Source of the DNA: the human T2T-CHM13v2.0 reference genome, Homo sapiens
Strand: one strand, 5' to 3'
Assembly: GCF_009914755.1 (NCBI RefSeq)
Contig: NC_060947.1
Length of the DNA: 64,000 bases
Shown: one piece after another, positions 1 to 13,500 of the stretch
How the letters are laid out: every line of letters starts with the position of its first letter
How positions within the stretch are numbered: position 1 is the stretch's first letter
Position numbers and translations under genes: made by a program
The notes under the pieces: model-generated
The model's database searches: none
What the model was told of the DNA's origin: nothing
What the model saw: the letters and a program-made list of their open reading frames with translations, nothing else

Positions 1-476
1 TCCACCTGCAGATTCTACCAAAAGTGTATTTGGAAACTGCTCCATCAAAAGGCATGTTCAGCTCTGTGAGTGAAACTCCATCATCACAAAGAATATTCTG
101 AGAATGCTTCCGTTTGCCTTTTATATGAAGTTCCTTCCTGTACTACCGTAGGCCTCAAAGCAGTCCAAATCTCCATTTGCAGATTCTATAAAAAGAGTGA
201 TTCCAATCTGCTCTATCAATAGGATTGTTCAACTCCATGAGTTGAATGCCATCCTCACAAAGTAGTTTCTGAGAATGCTTCTATCTGGTTTTTGTGTGAA
301 GATATTTCCTTTTCCACCACAGGCCTCAAAGCCCTCCAAACGTCCACTTGCAGATTCTCGAAAAAGAGTGTTTCATAGCTGCTCTTTCAAAAGGAAAGTT
401 CAACTCTGGGAGTTGAATACAAACATCACAAAGTAGTTTCCGAGAATGCTTCTGTTTAGTTTTTATGTGAAGATGA

Positions 477-493
477 TCCCGTTTCCAGTGAAA
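477..493 (-). other. Degenerate CENP-B box (fixed in all units); similar degenerate boxes at 648-664 and 1681-1697
   Basis: tcccgtttccagtgaaa and tcccgtttccaaagaaa lack the TTCG half. agacgtttcaaa(c/t)gaag lacks the CGGG half. Confidence 0.8.
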
Positions 494-814
494 TCTTCAA
501 AGAGGTCCACATATCCCCTTGCAGATTCCAAAGAAAGAGGGTTTCAAAACTGCTCCATCAATAGGATTGTTCAACTCTGTGAGTTGAATGCAGTCATCGC
601 AGAAAACTTTCTGAGAATGCTTCTGTCTAGGTTTGATGTGAAGATATAGACGTTTCAAATGAAGGCTACAAAGTGGTCAAAATATACACTTGCAGATTCT
701 ACTACAAGGGTGTTGCAAACCTGAACTATCAAAGGAAGGTTCAACTCTGTGAGTTGAATACAAACATCACAAAGAATGTTCTGAGTTTGCTTCCGTTCAG
801 TTATGGGAAGCTGA

Positions 815-831
815 TCCCGTTTCCAACGAAA
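815..831 (-). promoter_or_regulatory. CENP-B box, canonical (box 1 of 4 per HOR; repeated in each unit)
   Basis: + strand tcccgtttccaacgaaa is the reverse complement of TTTCGTTGGAAACGGGA, matching YTTCGTTGGAARCGGGA. Confidence 0.95.
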
Positions 832-1325
832 TCCTCAGAGAGGTCCAAATATCCCCTTGCAGATTCTACAAAACGTGTGTTTGGAAACTGCTCCATCATA
901 ACGAATGTTCAGCTCCCTGAGTTAAACTCCATCGTCACAAAGAATTTTCTGAGAGTGCTACCGTCTGGTTTTTATATGAAGTTCTTTCCTTCACTACCAC
1001 TGGCCTCAAAGCGGTCCAAATCTCCACTTGCAGATTCTACAAAAAGAGTGTTTGCAAACTGCTCTATCAAAAGGAATGTTCAACTCTGGGAGTTGAATGC
1101 AATCATCACAGAGCAGTTTCTGAGAATGCTTCTATGTCGTTTTTAGGAGAAGATATTTCCTTTTCCAACACAGTCCTCCAAGTCCGCTAAATAGCCACTT
1201 GCACATTGTAGAAAAAGTGTGTCAAAGCTGCGCTATCAAAGGGAAAGTTCAACTCTGAGAGGTGAATGCAAACATCCCAAAGAAGTTTCTGAGAGTGCTT
1301 CCGTTTAGCTTTTAGGTGAAGATTA

Positions 1326-1342
1326 TCCCGTTTCCAACGAAA
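1326..1342 (-). promoter_or_regulatory. CENP-B box, canonical (box 2 of 4 per HOR)
   Basis: + strand tcccgtttccaacgaaa, just upstream of the BamHI site. Confidence 0.95.
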
Positions 1343-1371
1343 CCTTCAAAGAAGTCCAAATATCCCCTTGC

Positions 1372-1377
1372 GGATCC
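1372..1377. other. BamHI site, one per HOR (classical DXZ1 2.0-kb marker)
   Basis: cttgcGGATCCcacag occurs once in each unit read. Confidence 0.9.
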
Positions 1378-1850
1378 CACAGAAAGAGTGTTTCGAAACT
1401 GCTGTTTCAAAAGGAATCTTCAACTCTGTGAGTTGAATGCAATCATCACAAAGAAGTTTCTGACAATGCTTCTCTCTCGTCTTTCTGTGAAGATAAATAA
1501 ATGCTTTCAGGCCTTTGCCACCACAGGCCTGAAAGCGCTCCAAATGTCCACTTGCAGATTCTGCGAAAAGAATATTTCAAAACTGCTTTGTGAAAAGCAA
1601 TGTTAAACTCTGTGGCTCGAACACAAACATCACAAAGCGGTTTCTGAGAATGCTTCAGTTTAGTTTTTCTGTGGAAATATTCCCGTTTCCAAAGAAATCT
1701 TAAAGAGGTCCACGTATCCACTTACAGATTCTACAAAAAGACAGTTTCAAAACTGCTCCATCAAAAGGAGGGTTCAACTGTGTGACTTGAATGCAATCAT
1801 CACTCAGAAGTTTCTGAGAATGCTTCTCTTTAGTTTTTACGTGAACATAT

Positions 1851-1867
1851 ACCCGTTTCGAACGAAG
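1851..1867 (-). promoter_or_regulatory. CENP-B box, variant with intact core (box 3 of 4 per HOR)
   Basis: + strand acccgtttcgaacgaag is the reverse complement of CTTCGTTCGAAACGGGT, which keeps the nTTCGnnnnAnnCGGGn core. Confidence 0.85.
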
Positions 1868-2017
1868 GCCACCCAGTGGTCCAAATATCCACTTGCAGAT
1901 TCTACAGAAAGAGTGTTTCGAACCTGAACTCTCAAAGGCAGGTTCATCTCTGCGAGTTAAATGCATTCATCATGAAGAACTTTCTCAGAGTGTTTGTGTT
2001 TAGTTATGGGAAATTAT

Positions 2018-2034
2018 TCCCGTTTCCAACGAAA
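2018..2034 (-). promoter_or_regulatory. CENP-B box, canonical (box 4 of 4 per HOR)
   Basis: + strand tcccgtttccaacgaaa following ttatgggaaattat. Confidence 0.95.
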
Positions 2035-2499
2035 TCCTCAGAGAGCTCCAAATATCCACCTGCAGATTCTACCAAAAGTGTATTTGGAAACTGCTCCATC
2101 AAAAGGCATGTTCAGCTCTGTGAGTGAAACTCCATCATCACAAAGAATATTCTGAGAATGCTTCCGTTTGCCTTTTATCTGAAGTTCCTTCCTATACGAC
2201 CGTAGGCCTCAAAGCAGTCCAAATCTCCATTTGCAGATTCTACAAAAAGAGTGATTCCAATCTGCTCTATCAATAGGATTGTTCAACTCCATGAGTTGAA
2301 TGCCATCCTCACAAAGTCGTTTCTGAGAATGCTTCTATCTAGTTTTTATGTGAAGATATTTCCTTTTCCACCACAGGCCTCAAAGCCCTCCAAACGTCCA
2401 CTTGCAGATTCTCGAAAAGGAGTGTTTCATAGCTGCTCTTTCAAAAGGAAAGTTCAACTCTGGGAGTTGAATACAAACATCACAAAGTAGTTTCCGAGA

Positions 2500-4556
2500 A
2501 TGCTTCTGTTTAGTTTTTATGTGAAGATGATCCCGTTTCCAGTGAAATCTTCAAAGAGGTCCACATATCCCCTTGCAGATTCCAAAGAAAGAGGGTTTCA
2601 AAACTGCTCCATCAGAAGGATTGTTCAACTCTGTGAGTTGAATGCAGTCATCGCAGAAAACTTTCTGAGAATGCTTCTGTCTAGGTTTGATGTGAAGATA
2701 TAGACGTTTCAAACGAAGGCTACAAAGTGGTCAAAATATACACTTGCAGATTCTACTACAAGGGTGTTGCAAACCTGAACTATCAAAGGAAGGTTCAACT
2801 CTGTGAGTTGAATACAAACATCACAAAGAATGTTCTGAGTTTGCTTCCGTTCAGTTATGGGAAGTTGATCCCGTTTCCAACGAAATCCTCAGAGAGGTCC
2901 AAATATCCCCTTGCAGATTCTACAAAACGTGTGTTTGGAAACTGCTCCATCATAACGAATGTTCAGCTCCCTGAGTTAAACTCCATCGTCACAAAGAATT
3001 TTCTGAGAGTGCTACCGTCTGGTTTTTATATGAAGTTCTTTCCTTCACTACCACAGGCCTCAAAGCGGTCCAAATCTCCACTTGCAGATTCTACAAAAAG
3101 AGTGTTTGCAAACTGCTCTATCAAAAGGAATGTTCAACTCTGGGAGTTGAATGCAATCATCACAGAGCAGTTTCTGAGAATGCTTCTATGTCGTTTTTAG
3201 GAGAAGATATTTCCTTTTCCAACACAGTCCTCCAAGCCCGCTAAATAGCCACTTGCACATTGTAGAAAAAGTGTGTCAAAGCTGCGCTATCAAAGGGAAA
3301 GTTCAACTCTGTGAGGTGAATGCAAACATCCCAAAGAAGTTTCTGAGAATGCTTCCGTTTAGCTTTTAGGTGAAGATTATCCCGTTTCCAACGAAACCTT
3401 CAAAGAGGTCCAAATATCCCCTTGCGGATCCCACAGAAAGAGTGTTTCGAAACTGCTGTTTCAAAAGGAATCTTCAACTCTGTGAGTTGAATGCAATCAT
3501 CACAAAGAAGTTTCTGACAATGCTTCTCTCTCGTCTTTCTGTGAAGATAAAGGAAAAGGCTTTCAGGCCTTTTCCACCACAGGCCTGAAAGCGCTCCAAA
3601 TGTCCACTTGCAGATTCTGCGAAAAGAATATTTCAAAACTGCTCTATGAAAAGCAATGTTAAACTCTGTGGCTCGAACACAAACATCACAAAGCAGTTTC
3701 TGAGAATGCTTCAGTTTAGTTTTTCTGTGGAAATATTCCCGTTTCCAAAGAAATCTTCAAAGAGGTCCACGTATCCACTTACAGATTCTACAAAAAGACA
3801 GTTTCAAAACTGCTCCATCAAAAGGAGGGTTCAACCGTGTGACTTGAATGCAATCATCACTCAGAAGTTTCTGAGAATGCTTCTCTTTAGTTTTTACGTG
3901 AACATATACCCGTTTCGAACGAAGGCCACCCAGTGGTCCAAATATCCACTTGCAGATTCTACAGAAAGAGTGTTTCGAACCTGAACTCTCAAAGGCAGGT
4001 TCATCTCTGCGAGTTAAATGCATTCATCATGAAGAACTTTCTCAGAGTGTTTGTGTTTAGTTATGGGAAATTATTCCCGTTTCCAACGAAATCCTCAGAG
4101 AGCTCCAAATATCCACCTGCAGATTCTACCAAAAGTGTATTTGGAAACTGCTCCATCAAAAGGCATGTTCAGCTCTGTGAGTGAAACTCCATCATCACAA
4201 AGAATATTCTGAGAATGCTTCCGTTTGCCTTTTATATGAAGTTCCTTCCTGTACTACTGTAGGCCTCAAAGCAGTCCAAATCTCCATTTGCAGATTCTAC
4301 AAAAAGAGTGATTCCAATCTGCTCTATCAATAGGATTGTTCAACTCCATGAGTTGAATGCCATCCTCACAAAGCAGTTTCTGAGAATGCTTCTATCTGGT
4401 TTTTGTGTGAAGATATTTCCTTTTCCACCACAGGCCTCAAAGCCCTCCAAACGTCCACTTGCAGATTCTCGAAAAAGAGTGTTTCATAGCTGCTCTTTCA
4501 AAAGGAAAGTTCAACTCTGGGAGTTGAATACAAACATCACAAAATAGTTTCTGAGA
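2500..4556 (-). repeat. Representative full-length 2057-bp HOR unit (U2), 12 monomers: 7 B-type (CENP-B-box site) and 5 A-type
   Basis: Anchor spacing 2500 to 4557. Box-position motifs in the first period run A(~131) A(~305) B(477) B(648) B(815) A(~985) A(~1156) B(1326) A(~1500) B(1681) B(1851) B(2018), a pentamer-derived order. Confidence 0.9.
3552..3592. repeat. Overlapping inverted repeats in the long (~186 bp) monomer, once per HOR
   Basis: GGAAAAGGC (3552-3560) pairs with GCCTTTTCC (3567-3575). GCTTTCAGGCCT (3559-3570) pairs with AGGCCTGAAAGC (3581-3592). Confidence 0.9.
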
Positions 4557-7500
4557 ATGCTTCTGTTTAGTTTTTATGTGAAGATGATCCCGTTTCCAGT
4601 GAAATCTTCAAAGAGGTCCACATATCCCCTTGCAGATTCCAAAGAAAGAGGGTTTCAAAACTGCTCCATCAGAAGGATTGTTCAACTCTGTGAGTTGAAT
4701 GCAGTCATCGCAGAAAACTTTCTGAGAATGCTTCTGTCTAGGTTTGATGTGAAGATATAGACGTTTCAAACGAAGGCTACAAAGTGGTCAAAATATACAC
4801 TTGCAGATTCTACTACAAGAGTGTTGCAAACCTGAACTATCAAAGGAAGGTTCAACTCTGTGAGTTGAATACAAACATCACAGAGAATGTTCTGAGTTTG
4901 CTTCCGTTCAGTTATGGGAAGTTGATCCCGTTTCCAACGAAATCCTCAGAGAGGTCCAAATATCCCCTCACAGATTCTACAAAACGTGTGTTTGGAAACT
5001 GCTCCATCATAACGAATGTTCAGCTCCCTGAGTTAAACTCCATCGTCACAAAGAATTTTCTGAGAGTGCTACCGTATGGTTTTTATATGAAGTTCTTTCC
5101 TTCACTACCACAGGCCTCAAAGCGGTCCAAATCTCCACTTGCAGATTCTACAAAAAGAGTGTTTGCAAACTGCTCTATCAAAAGGAATGTTCAACTCTGG
5201 GAGTTGAATGCAATCATCACAGAGCAGTTTCTGAGAATGCTTCTATGTCGTTTTTAGGAGAAGATATTTCCTTTTCCAACACAGTCCTCCAAGCCCGCTA
5301 AATAGCCACTTGCACATTGTAGAAAAAGTGTGTCAAAGCTGCGCTATCAAAGGGAAAGTTCAACTCTGTGAGGTGAATGCAAACATCCCAAAGAAGTTTC
5401 TGAGAATGCTTCCGTTTAGCTTTTAGGTGAAGATTATCCCGTTTCCAACGAAACCTTCAAAGAGGTCCAAATATCCCCTTGCGGATCCCACAGAAAGAGT
5501 GTTTCGAAACAGCTGTTTCAAAAGGAATCTTCAACTCTGTGAGTTGAATGCAATCATCACAAAGAAGTTTCTGACAATGCTTCTCTCTCGTCTTTCTGTG
5601 AAGATAAAGGAAAAGGCTTTCAGGCCTTTGCCACCACAGGCCTGAAAGCGCTCCAAATGTCCACTTGCAGATTCTGCGAAAAGAATATTTCAAAACTGCT
5701 CTATGAAAAGCAATGTTAAACTCTGTGGCTGGAACACAAACATCACAAAGCTGTTTCTGAGAATGTTTCAGTTTAGTTTTTCTGTGGAAATATTCCCGTT
5801 TCCAAAGAAATCTTCAAAGAGGTCCACGTATCCACTTACAGATTCTACAAAAAGACAGTTTCAAAACTGCTCCATCAAAAGGAGGGTTCAACTGTGTGAC
5901 TTGAATGCAATCATCACTCAGAAGTTTCTGAGAATGCTTCTCTTTAGTTTTTACGTGAACATATACCCGTTTCGAACGAAGGCCACCCAGTGGTCCAAAT
6001 ATCCACTTGCAGATTATACAGAAAGAGTGTTTCGAACCTGAACTCTCAAAGGCAGGTTCATCTCTGCAAGTTAAATGCATTCATCATGAAGAACTTTCTC
6101 AGAGTGTTTGTGTTTAGTTATGGGAAATTATTCCCGTTTCCAACGAAATCCTCAGAGAGCTCCAAATATCCACCTGCTGATTCTACCAAAAGTGTATTTG
6201 GAAACTGCTCCATCAAAAGGCATGTTCAGGTCTGTGAGTGAAACTCCATCATCACAAAGAATATTCTGAGAATGCTTCCGTTTGCCTTTTATATGAAGTT
6301 CCTTCCTATACGACCGTAGGCCTCAAAGCAGTCCAAATCTCCATTTGCAGATTCTACAAAAAGAGTGATTCCAATCTGCTCTATCAATAGGATTGTTCAA
6401 CTCCATGAGTTGAATGCCATCCTCACAAAGTAGTTTCTGAGAATGCTTCTATCTAGTTTTATGTGAAGATATTTCCTTTTCCACCACAGGCCTCAAAGCC
6501 CTCCAAACGTCCACTTGCAGATTCTCGAAAAAGAGTGTTTCATAGCTGCTCTTTCAAAAGGAAAGTTCAACTCTGGGAGTTGAATACAAACATCACAAAG
6601 TAGTTTCCGAGAATGCTTCTGTTTAGTTTTTATGTGAAGATGATCCCGTTTCCAGTGAAATCTTCAAAGAGGTCCACATATCCCCTTGCAGATTCCAAAG
6701 AAAGAGGGTTTCAAAACTGCTCCATCAGAAGGATTGTTCAACTCTGTGAGTTGAATGCAGTCATCGCAGAAAACTTTCTGAGAATGCTTCTGTCTAGGTT
6801 TGATGTGAAGATATAGACGTTTCAAATGAAGGCTACAAAGTGGTCAAAATATACACTTGCAGATTCTACTACAAGGGTGTTGCAAACCTGAACTATCAAA
6901 GGAAGGTTCAACTCTGTGAGTTGAATACAAACATCACAAAGAATGTTCTGAGTTTGCTTCCGTTCAGTTATGGGAAGTTGATCCCGTTTCCAACGAAATC
7001 CTCAGAGAGGTCCAAATATCCCCTTGCAGATTCTACAAAACGTGTGTTTGGAAACTGCTCCATCATAACGAATGTTCAGCTCCCTGAGTTAAACTCCATC
7101 GTCACAAAGAATTTTCTGAGAGTGCTACCGTCTGGTTTTTATATGAAGTTCTTTCCTTCACTACCACTGGCCTCAAAGCGGTCCAAATCTCCACTTGCAG
7201 ATTCTACAAAAAGAGTGTTTGCAAACTGCTCTATAAAAAGGAATGTTCAACTCTGGGAGTTGAATGCAATCATCACAGAGCAGTTTCTGAGAATGCTTCT
7301 ATGTCGTTTTTAGGAGAAGATATTTCCTTTTCCAACACAGTCCTCCAAGCCCGCTAAATAGCCACTTGCACATTGTAGAAAAAGTGTGTCAAAGCTGCGC
7401 TATCAAAGGGAAAGTTCAACTCTGTGAGGTGAATGCAAACATCCCAAAGAAGTTTCTGAGAATGCTTCCGTTTAGCTTTTAGGTGAAGATTATCCCGTTT

Positions 7501-10500
7501 CCAACGAAACCTTCAAAGAGGTCCAAATATCCCCTTGCGGATCCCACAGAAAGAGTGTTTCGAAACTGCTGTTTCAAAAGGAATCTTCAACTCTGTGAGT
7601 TGAATGCAATCATCACAAAGAAGTTTCTGACAATGCTTCTCTCTCGTCTTTCTGTGAAGATAAAGGAAAAGGCTTTCAGGCCTTTGCCACCACAGGCCTG
7701 AAAGCGCTCCAAATGTCCACTTGCAGATTCTGCCAAAAGAATATTTCAAAACTGCTCTATGAAAAGCAATGTTAAACTCTGTGGCTGGAACACAAACATC
7801 ACAAAGCGGTTTCTGAGAATGTTTCAGTTTAGTTTTTCTGTGGAAATATTCCCGTTTCCAAAGAAATCTTCAAAGAGGTCCACGTATCCACTTACAGATT
7901 CTACAAAAAGACAGTTTCAAAACTGCTCCATCAAAAGGAGGGTTCAACTGTGTGACTTGAATGCAATCATCACTCAGAAGTTTCTGAGAATGCTTCTCTT
8001 TAGTTTTTACGTGAACATATACCCGTTTCGAACGAAGGCCACCCAGTGGTCCAAATATCCACTTGCAGATTCTACAGAAAGAGTGTTTCGAACCTGAACT
8101 CTCAAAGGCAGGTTCATCTCTGCGAGTTAAATGCATTCATCATGAAGAACTTTCTCAGAGTGTTTGTGTTTAGTTATGGGAAATTATTCCCGTTTCCAAC
8201 GAAATCCTCAGAGAGCTGCAAATATCCACCTGCAGATTCTACCAAAAGTGTATTTGGAAACTGCTCCATCAAAAGGCATGTTCAGCTCTGTGAGTGAAAC
8301 TCCATCATCACAACGAATATTCTGAGAATGCTTCCGTTTACCTTTTATATGAAGTTCCTTCCTATACGACCGTAGGCCTCAAAGCAGTCCAAATCTCCAT
8401 TTGCAGATTCTACAAAAAGAGTGATTCCAATCTGCTCTATCAATAGGATTGTTCAACTCCATGAGTTGAATGCCATCCTCACAAAGTCGTTTCTGAGAAT
8501 GCTTCTATCTAGTTTTTATGTGAAGATATTTCCTTTTCCACCACAGGCCTCAAAGCCCTCCAAACGTCCACTTGCAGATTCTCGAAAAAGAGTGTTTCAT
8601 AGCTGCTCTTTCAAAAGGAAAGTTCAACTCTGGGAGTTGAATACAAACATCACAAAGTAGTTTCCGAGAATGCTTCTGTTTAGTTTTTATGTGAAGATGA
8701 TCCCGTTTCCAGTGAAATCTTCAAAGAGGTCCACATATCCCCTTGCAGATTGCAAAGAAAGAGGGTTTCAAAACTGCTCCATCAAAAGGATTGTTCAACT
8801 CTGTGAGTTGAATGCAGTCATCGCAGAAAACTTTCTGAGAATGCTTCTGTCTAGGTTTGATGTGAAGATATAGACGTTTCAAATGAAGGCTACAAAGTGG
8901 TCAAAATATACACTTGCAGATTCTACTACAAGGGTGTTGCAAACCTGAACTATAAAAGGAAGGTTCAACTCTGTGAGTTGAATACAAACATCACAAAGAA
9001 TGTTCTGAGTTTGCTTCCGTTCAGTTATGGGAAGTTGATCCCGTTTCCAACGAAATCCTCAGAGAGGTCCAAATATCCCCTTGCAGATTCTACAAAACGT
9101 GTGTTTGGAAACTGCTCCATCATAACGAATGTTCAGCTCCCTGAGTTAAACTCCATCGTCACAAAGAATTTTCTGAGAGTGCTACCGTCTGGTTTTTATA
9201 TGAAGTTCTTTCCTTCACTACCACAGGCCTCAAAGCGGTCCAAATCTCCACTTGCAGATTCTACAAAAAGAGTGTTTGCAAACTGCTCTATCAAAAGGAA
9301 TGTTCAACTCTGGGAGTTGAATGCAATCATCACAGAGCAGTTTCTGAGAATGCTTCTATGTCGTTTTTAGAAGATATTTCCTTTTCCAACACAGTCCTCC
9401 AAGCCCGCTAAATAGCCACTTGCACATTGTAGAAAAAGTGTGTCAAAGCTGCGCTATCAAAGGGAAAGTTCAACTCTGTGAGGTGAATGCAAACATCCCA
9501 AAGAAGTTTCTGAGAATGCTTCCGTTTAGCTTTTAGGTGAAGATTATCCCGTTTCCAACGAAACCTTCAAAGAGGTCCAAATATCCCCTTGCGGATCCCA
9601 CAGAAAGAGTGTTTCGAAACAGCTGTTTCAAAAGGAATCTTCAACTCTGTGAGTTGAATGCAATCATCACAAAGAAGTTTCTGACAATGCTTCTCTCTCG
9701 TCTTTCTGTGAAGATAAAGGAAAAGGCTTTCAGGCCTTTGCCACCACAGGCCTGAAAGCGCTCCAAATGTCCACTTGCAGATTCTGCGAAAAGAATATTT
9801 CAAAACTGCTCTATGAAAAGCAATGTTAAACTCTGTGGCTCGAACACAAACATCACAAAGCGGTTTTTGAGAATGTTTCAGTTTAGTTTTTCTGTGGAAA
9901 TATTCCCGTTTCCAAAGAAATCTTCAAAGAGGTCCACGTATCCACTTACAGATTCTACAAAAAGACAGTTTCAAAACTGCTCCATCAAAAGGAGGGTTCA
10001 ACTGTGTGACTTGAATGCAATCATCACTCAGAAGTTTCTGAGAATGCTTCTCTTTAGTTTTTACGTGAACATATACCCGTTTCGAACGAAGGCCAGCCAG
10101 TGGTCCAAATATCCACTTGCAGATTCTACAGAAATAGTGTTTCGAACATGAACTCTCAAAGGCAGGTTCATCTCTGCGAGTTGAATGCATTCATCATGAA
10201 GAACTTTCTCAGAGTGTTTGTGTTTAGTTATGGGAAATTATTCCCGTTTCCAACGAAATCCTCAGAGAGCTCCAAATATCCACCTGCAGATTCTACCAAA
10301 AGTGTATTTGGAAACTGCTCCATCAAAAGGCATGTTCAGCTCTGTGAGTGAAACTCCATCATCACAAAGAATATTCTGAGAATGCTTCCGTTTGCCTTTT
10401 ATATGAAGTTCCTTCCTGTACTACCGTAGGCCTCAAAGCAGTCCAAATCTCCATTTGCAGATTCTACAAAAAGAGTGATTCCAATCTGCTCTATCAATAG

Positions 10501-13500
10501 GATTGTTCAACTCCATGAGTTGAATGCCATCCTCACAAAGTAGTTTCTGAGAATGCTTCTATCTGGTTTTTGTGTGAAGATATTTCCTTTTCCACCACAG
10601 GCCTCAAAGCCCTCCAAACGTCCACTTGCAGATTCTCGAAAAAGAGTGTTTCATAGCTGCTCTTTCAAAAGGAAAGTTCAACTCTGGGAGTTGAATACAA
10701 ACATCACAAAATAGTTTCCGAGAATGCTTCTGTTTAGTTCTTATGTGAAGATGATCCCGTTTCCAGTGAAATCTTCAAAGAGGTCCACATATCCCCTTGC
10801 AGATTCCAAAGAAAGAGGGTTTCAAAACTGTTCCATCAAAAGGATTGTTCAACTCTGTGAGTTGAATGCAGTCATCGCAGAAAACTTTCTGAGAATGCTT
10901 CTGTCTAGGTTTGATGTGAAGATATAGACGTTTCAAACGAAGGCTACAAAGTGGTCAAAATATACACTTGCAGATTCTACTACAAGGGTGTTGCAAACCT
11001 GAACTATCAAAGGAAGGTTCAACTCTGTGGGTTGAATACAAACATCACAAAGAATGTTCTGAGTTTGCTTCCGTTCAGTTATGGGAAGTTGATCCCCTTC
11101 CCAACGAAATCCTCAGAGAGGTCCAAATATCCCCTTGCAGATTCTACAAAACGTGTGTTTGGAAACTGCTCCATCATAACGAATGTTCAGCTCTCTGAGT
11201 TAAACTCCATCGTCACAAAGAATTTTCTGAGAGTGCTACCGTCTAGTTTTTATATGAAGTTCTTTCCTTTACTACCACAGGCCTCAAAGCGGTCCAAATC
11301 TCCACTTGCAGATTCTACAAAAAGAGTGTCTGCAAACTGCTCTATCAAAAGGAATGTTCAACTCTGGGAGTTGAATGCAATCATCACAGAGCAGTTTCTG
11401 AGAAGGCTTCTATGTCGTTTTTAGGAGAAGATATTTCCTTTTCCAACACAGTCCTCCAAGCCCGCTAAATATCCACTTGCACATTGTAGAAAAAGTGTGT
11501 CGAAGCTGCGCTATCAAAGGGAAAGTTCAACTCTGTGAGGTGAATGCAAACATCCCAAAGAAGTTTCTGAGAATGCTTCCGTTTAGCTTTTAGGTGAAGA
11601 TTATCCCGTTTCCAACGAAAGCTTCAAAGAGGTCCAAATATCCCCTTGCGGATCCCACAGAAAGAGTGTTTCGAAACTGCTGTTTCAAAAGGAATCTTCA
11701 ACTCTGTGAGTTGAATGCAATCATCACAAAGAAGTTTCTGACAATGCTTCTCTCTCGTCTTTCTGTGAAGATAAAGGAAAAGGCTTTCAGGTCTTTTCCA
11801 CCACAGGCCTGAAAGCGCTCCAAATGTCCACTTGCAGATTCTGCCAAAAGAATATTTCAAAACTGCTCTATGAAAAGCAATGTTAAACTCTGCGGCTCGA
11901 ACACAAACATCACAAAACAGTTTCTGAGAATGCTTCAGTTTAGTTTTTCTGTGGAAATATTCCCGTTTCCAAAGAAATCTTCAAAGAGGTCCACGTATCC
12001 ACTTACAGATTCTACAAAAAGACAGTTTCAAAACTGCTCAATCAAAAGGAGGGTTCAACTGTGTGACTTGAATGCAATCATCACTCAGAAGTTTCTGAGA
12101 ATGCTTCTCTTTAGTTTTTACGTGAACATATACCCGTTTCGAACGAAGGCCACCCAGTGGTCCAAATATCCACTTGCAGATTCTACAGAAAGAGTGTTTC
12201 GAACCTGAACTCTCAAAGGCAGGTTCATCTCTGCGAGTTAAATGCATTCGTCATGAAGAACTTTCTCAGCGTGTTTGTGTTTAGTTATGGGAAATTATTC
12301 CCTTTCCCAAAGAAATCCTCAGAGAGGTCCAAATGTCCACCTGCAGATTCTACCAAAAGTGTATTTGGAAACTGCTCCATCAACAGGCATGTTCAGCTCT
12401 GTGAGTGAAACTCCATCATCACAAAGAATATTCTGAGAATGCTTCCGTTTGCCTTTTATATGAAGTTCCTTCCTATACGACCGTAGGCCTCAAAGCAGTC
12501 CAAATCTCCATTTGCAGATTCTACAAAAAGAGTGATTCCAATCTGCTCTATCAATAGGATTGTTCAACTCCATGAGTTGAATGCCATCCTCACAAAGTCG
12601 TTTCTGAGAATGCTTCTATCTAGTTTTTATGTGAAGATATTTCCTTTTCCACCACAGGCCTCAAAGCCCTCCAAACGTCCACTTGCAGATTCTCGAAAAA
12701 GAGTGTTTCATAGCTGCTCTTTCAAAAGGAAAGTTCAACTCTGGGAGTTGAATACAAACATCACAAAGTAGTTTCCGAGAATGCTTCTGTTTAGTTCTTA
12801 TGTGAAGATGATCCCGTTTCCAGTGAAATCTTCAAAGAGGTCCACATATCCCCTTGCAGATTCCAAAGAAAGAGGGTTTCAAAACTGCTCCATCAAAAGG
12901 ATTGTTCAACTCTGTGAGTTGAATGCAGTCATCGCAGAAAACTTTCTGAGAATGCTTCTGTCTAGGTTTGATGTGAAGTTATAGACGTTTAAAACGAAGG
13001 CTACAAAGTGGTCAAAATATACACTTACAGATTCTACTACAAGGGTGTTGCAAACCTGAACTATCAAAGGAAGGTTCAACTCTGTGGGTTGAATACAAAC
13101 ATCGCAAAGAATGTTCTGAGTTTGCTTCCGTTCAGTTATGGGAAGTTGATCCCGTTTACAACGAAATCCTCAGAGAGGTCCAAATATCCCCTTGCAGATT
13201 CTTCAAAACGTGTGTTTGGAAACTGCTCCATCATAACGAATGTTCAGCTCCCTGAGTTAAACTCCATCGTCACAAAGAATTTTCTGAGAGTGCTACCGTC
13301 TAGTTTTTATATGAAGTTCTTTCCTTTACTACCACAGGCCTCAAAGCGGTCCAAATCTCCACTTGCAGATTCTACAAAAAGAGTGTCTGCAAACTGCTCT
13401 ATCAAAAGGAATGTTCAACTCTGGGAATTGAATGCAATCATCACAGAGCAGTTTCTGAGAATGCTTCTATGTCGTTTTTAGGAGAAGATATTTCCTTTTC

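Noticed and set aside
1390-1399. 10-bp palindrome GTTTCGAAAC once per HOR
   Set aside because: It is short, has no loop, is plausible by chance, and is disrupted in several units (U21, U26, U29).
1495-1502. AATAAA created by the U1-type allele as a possible polyadenylation signal
   Set aside because: A hexamer in AT-rich satellite with no transcript evidence. It is recorded only as an allele of the hairpin site.
3559-3592. Inverted repeat as an intrinsic terminator or transposon end
   Set aside because: The context is eukaryotic satellite, with no U-tract, target-site duplication or internal element.
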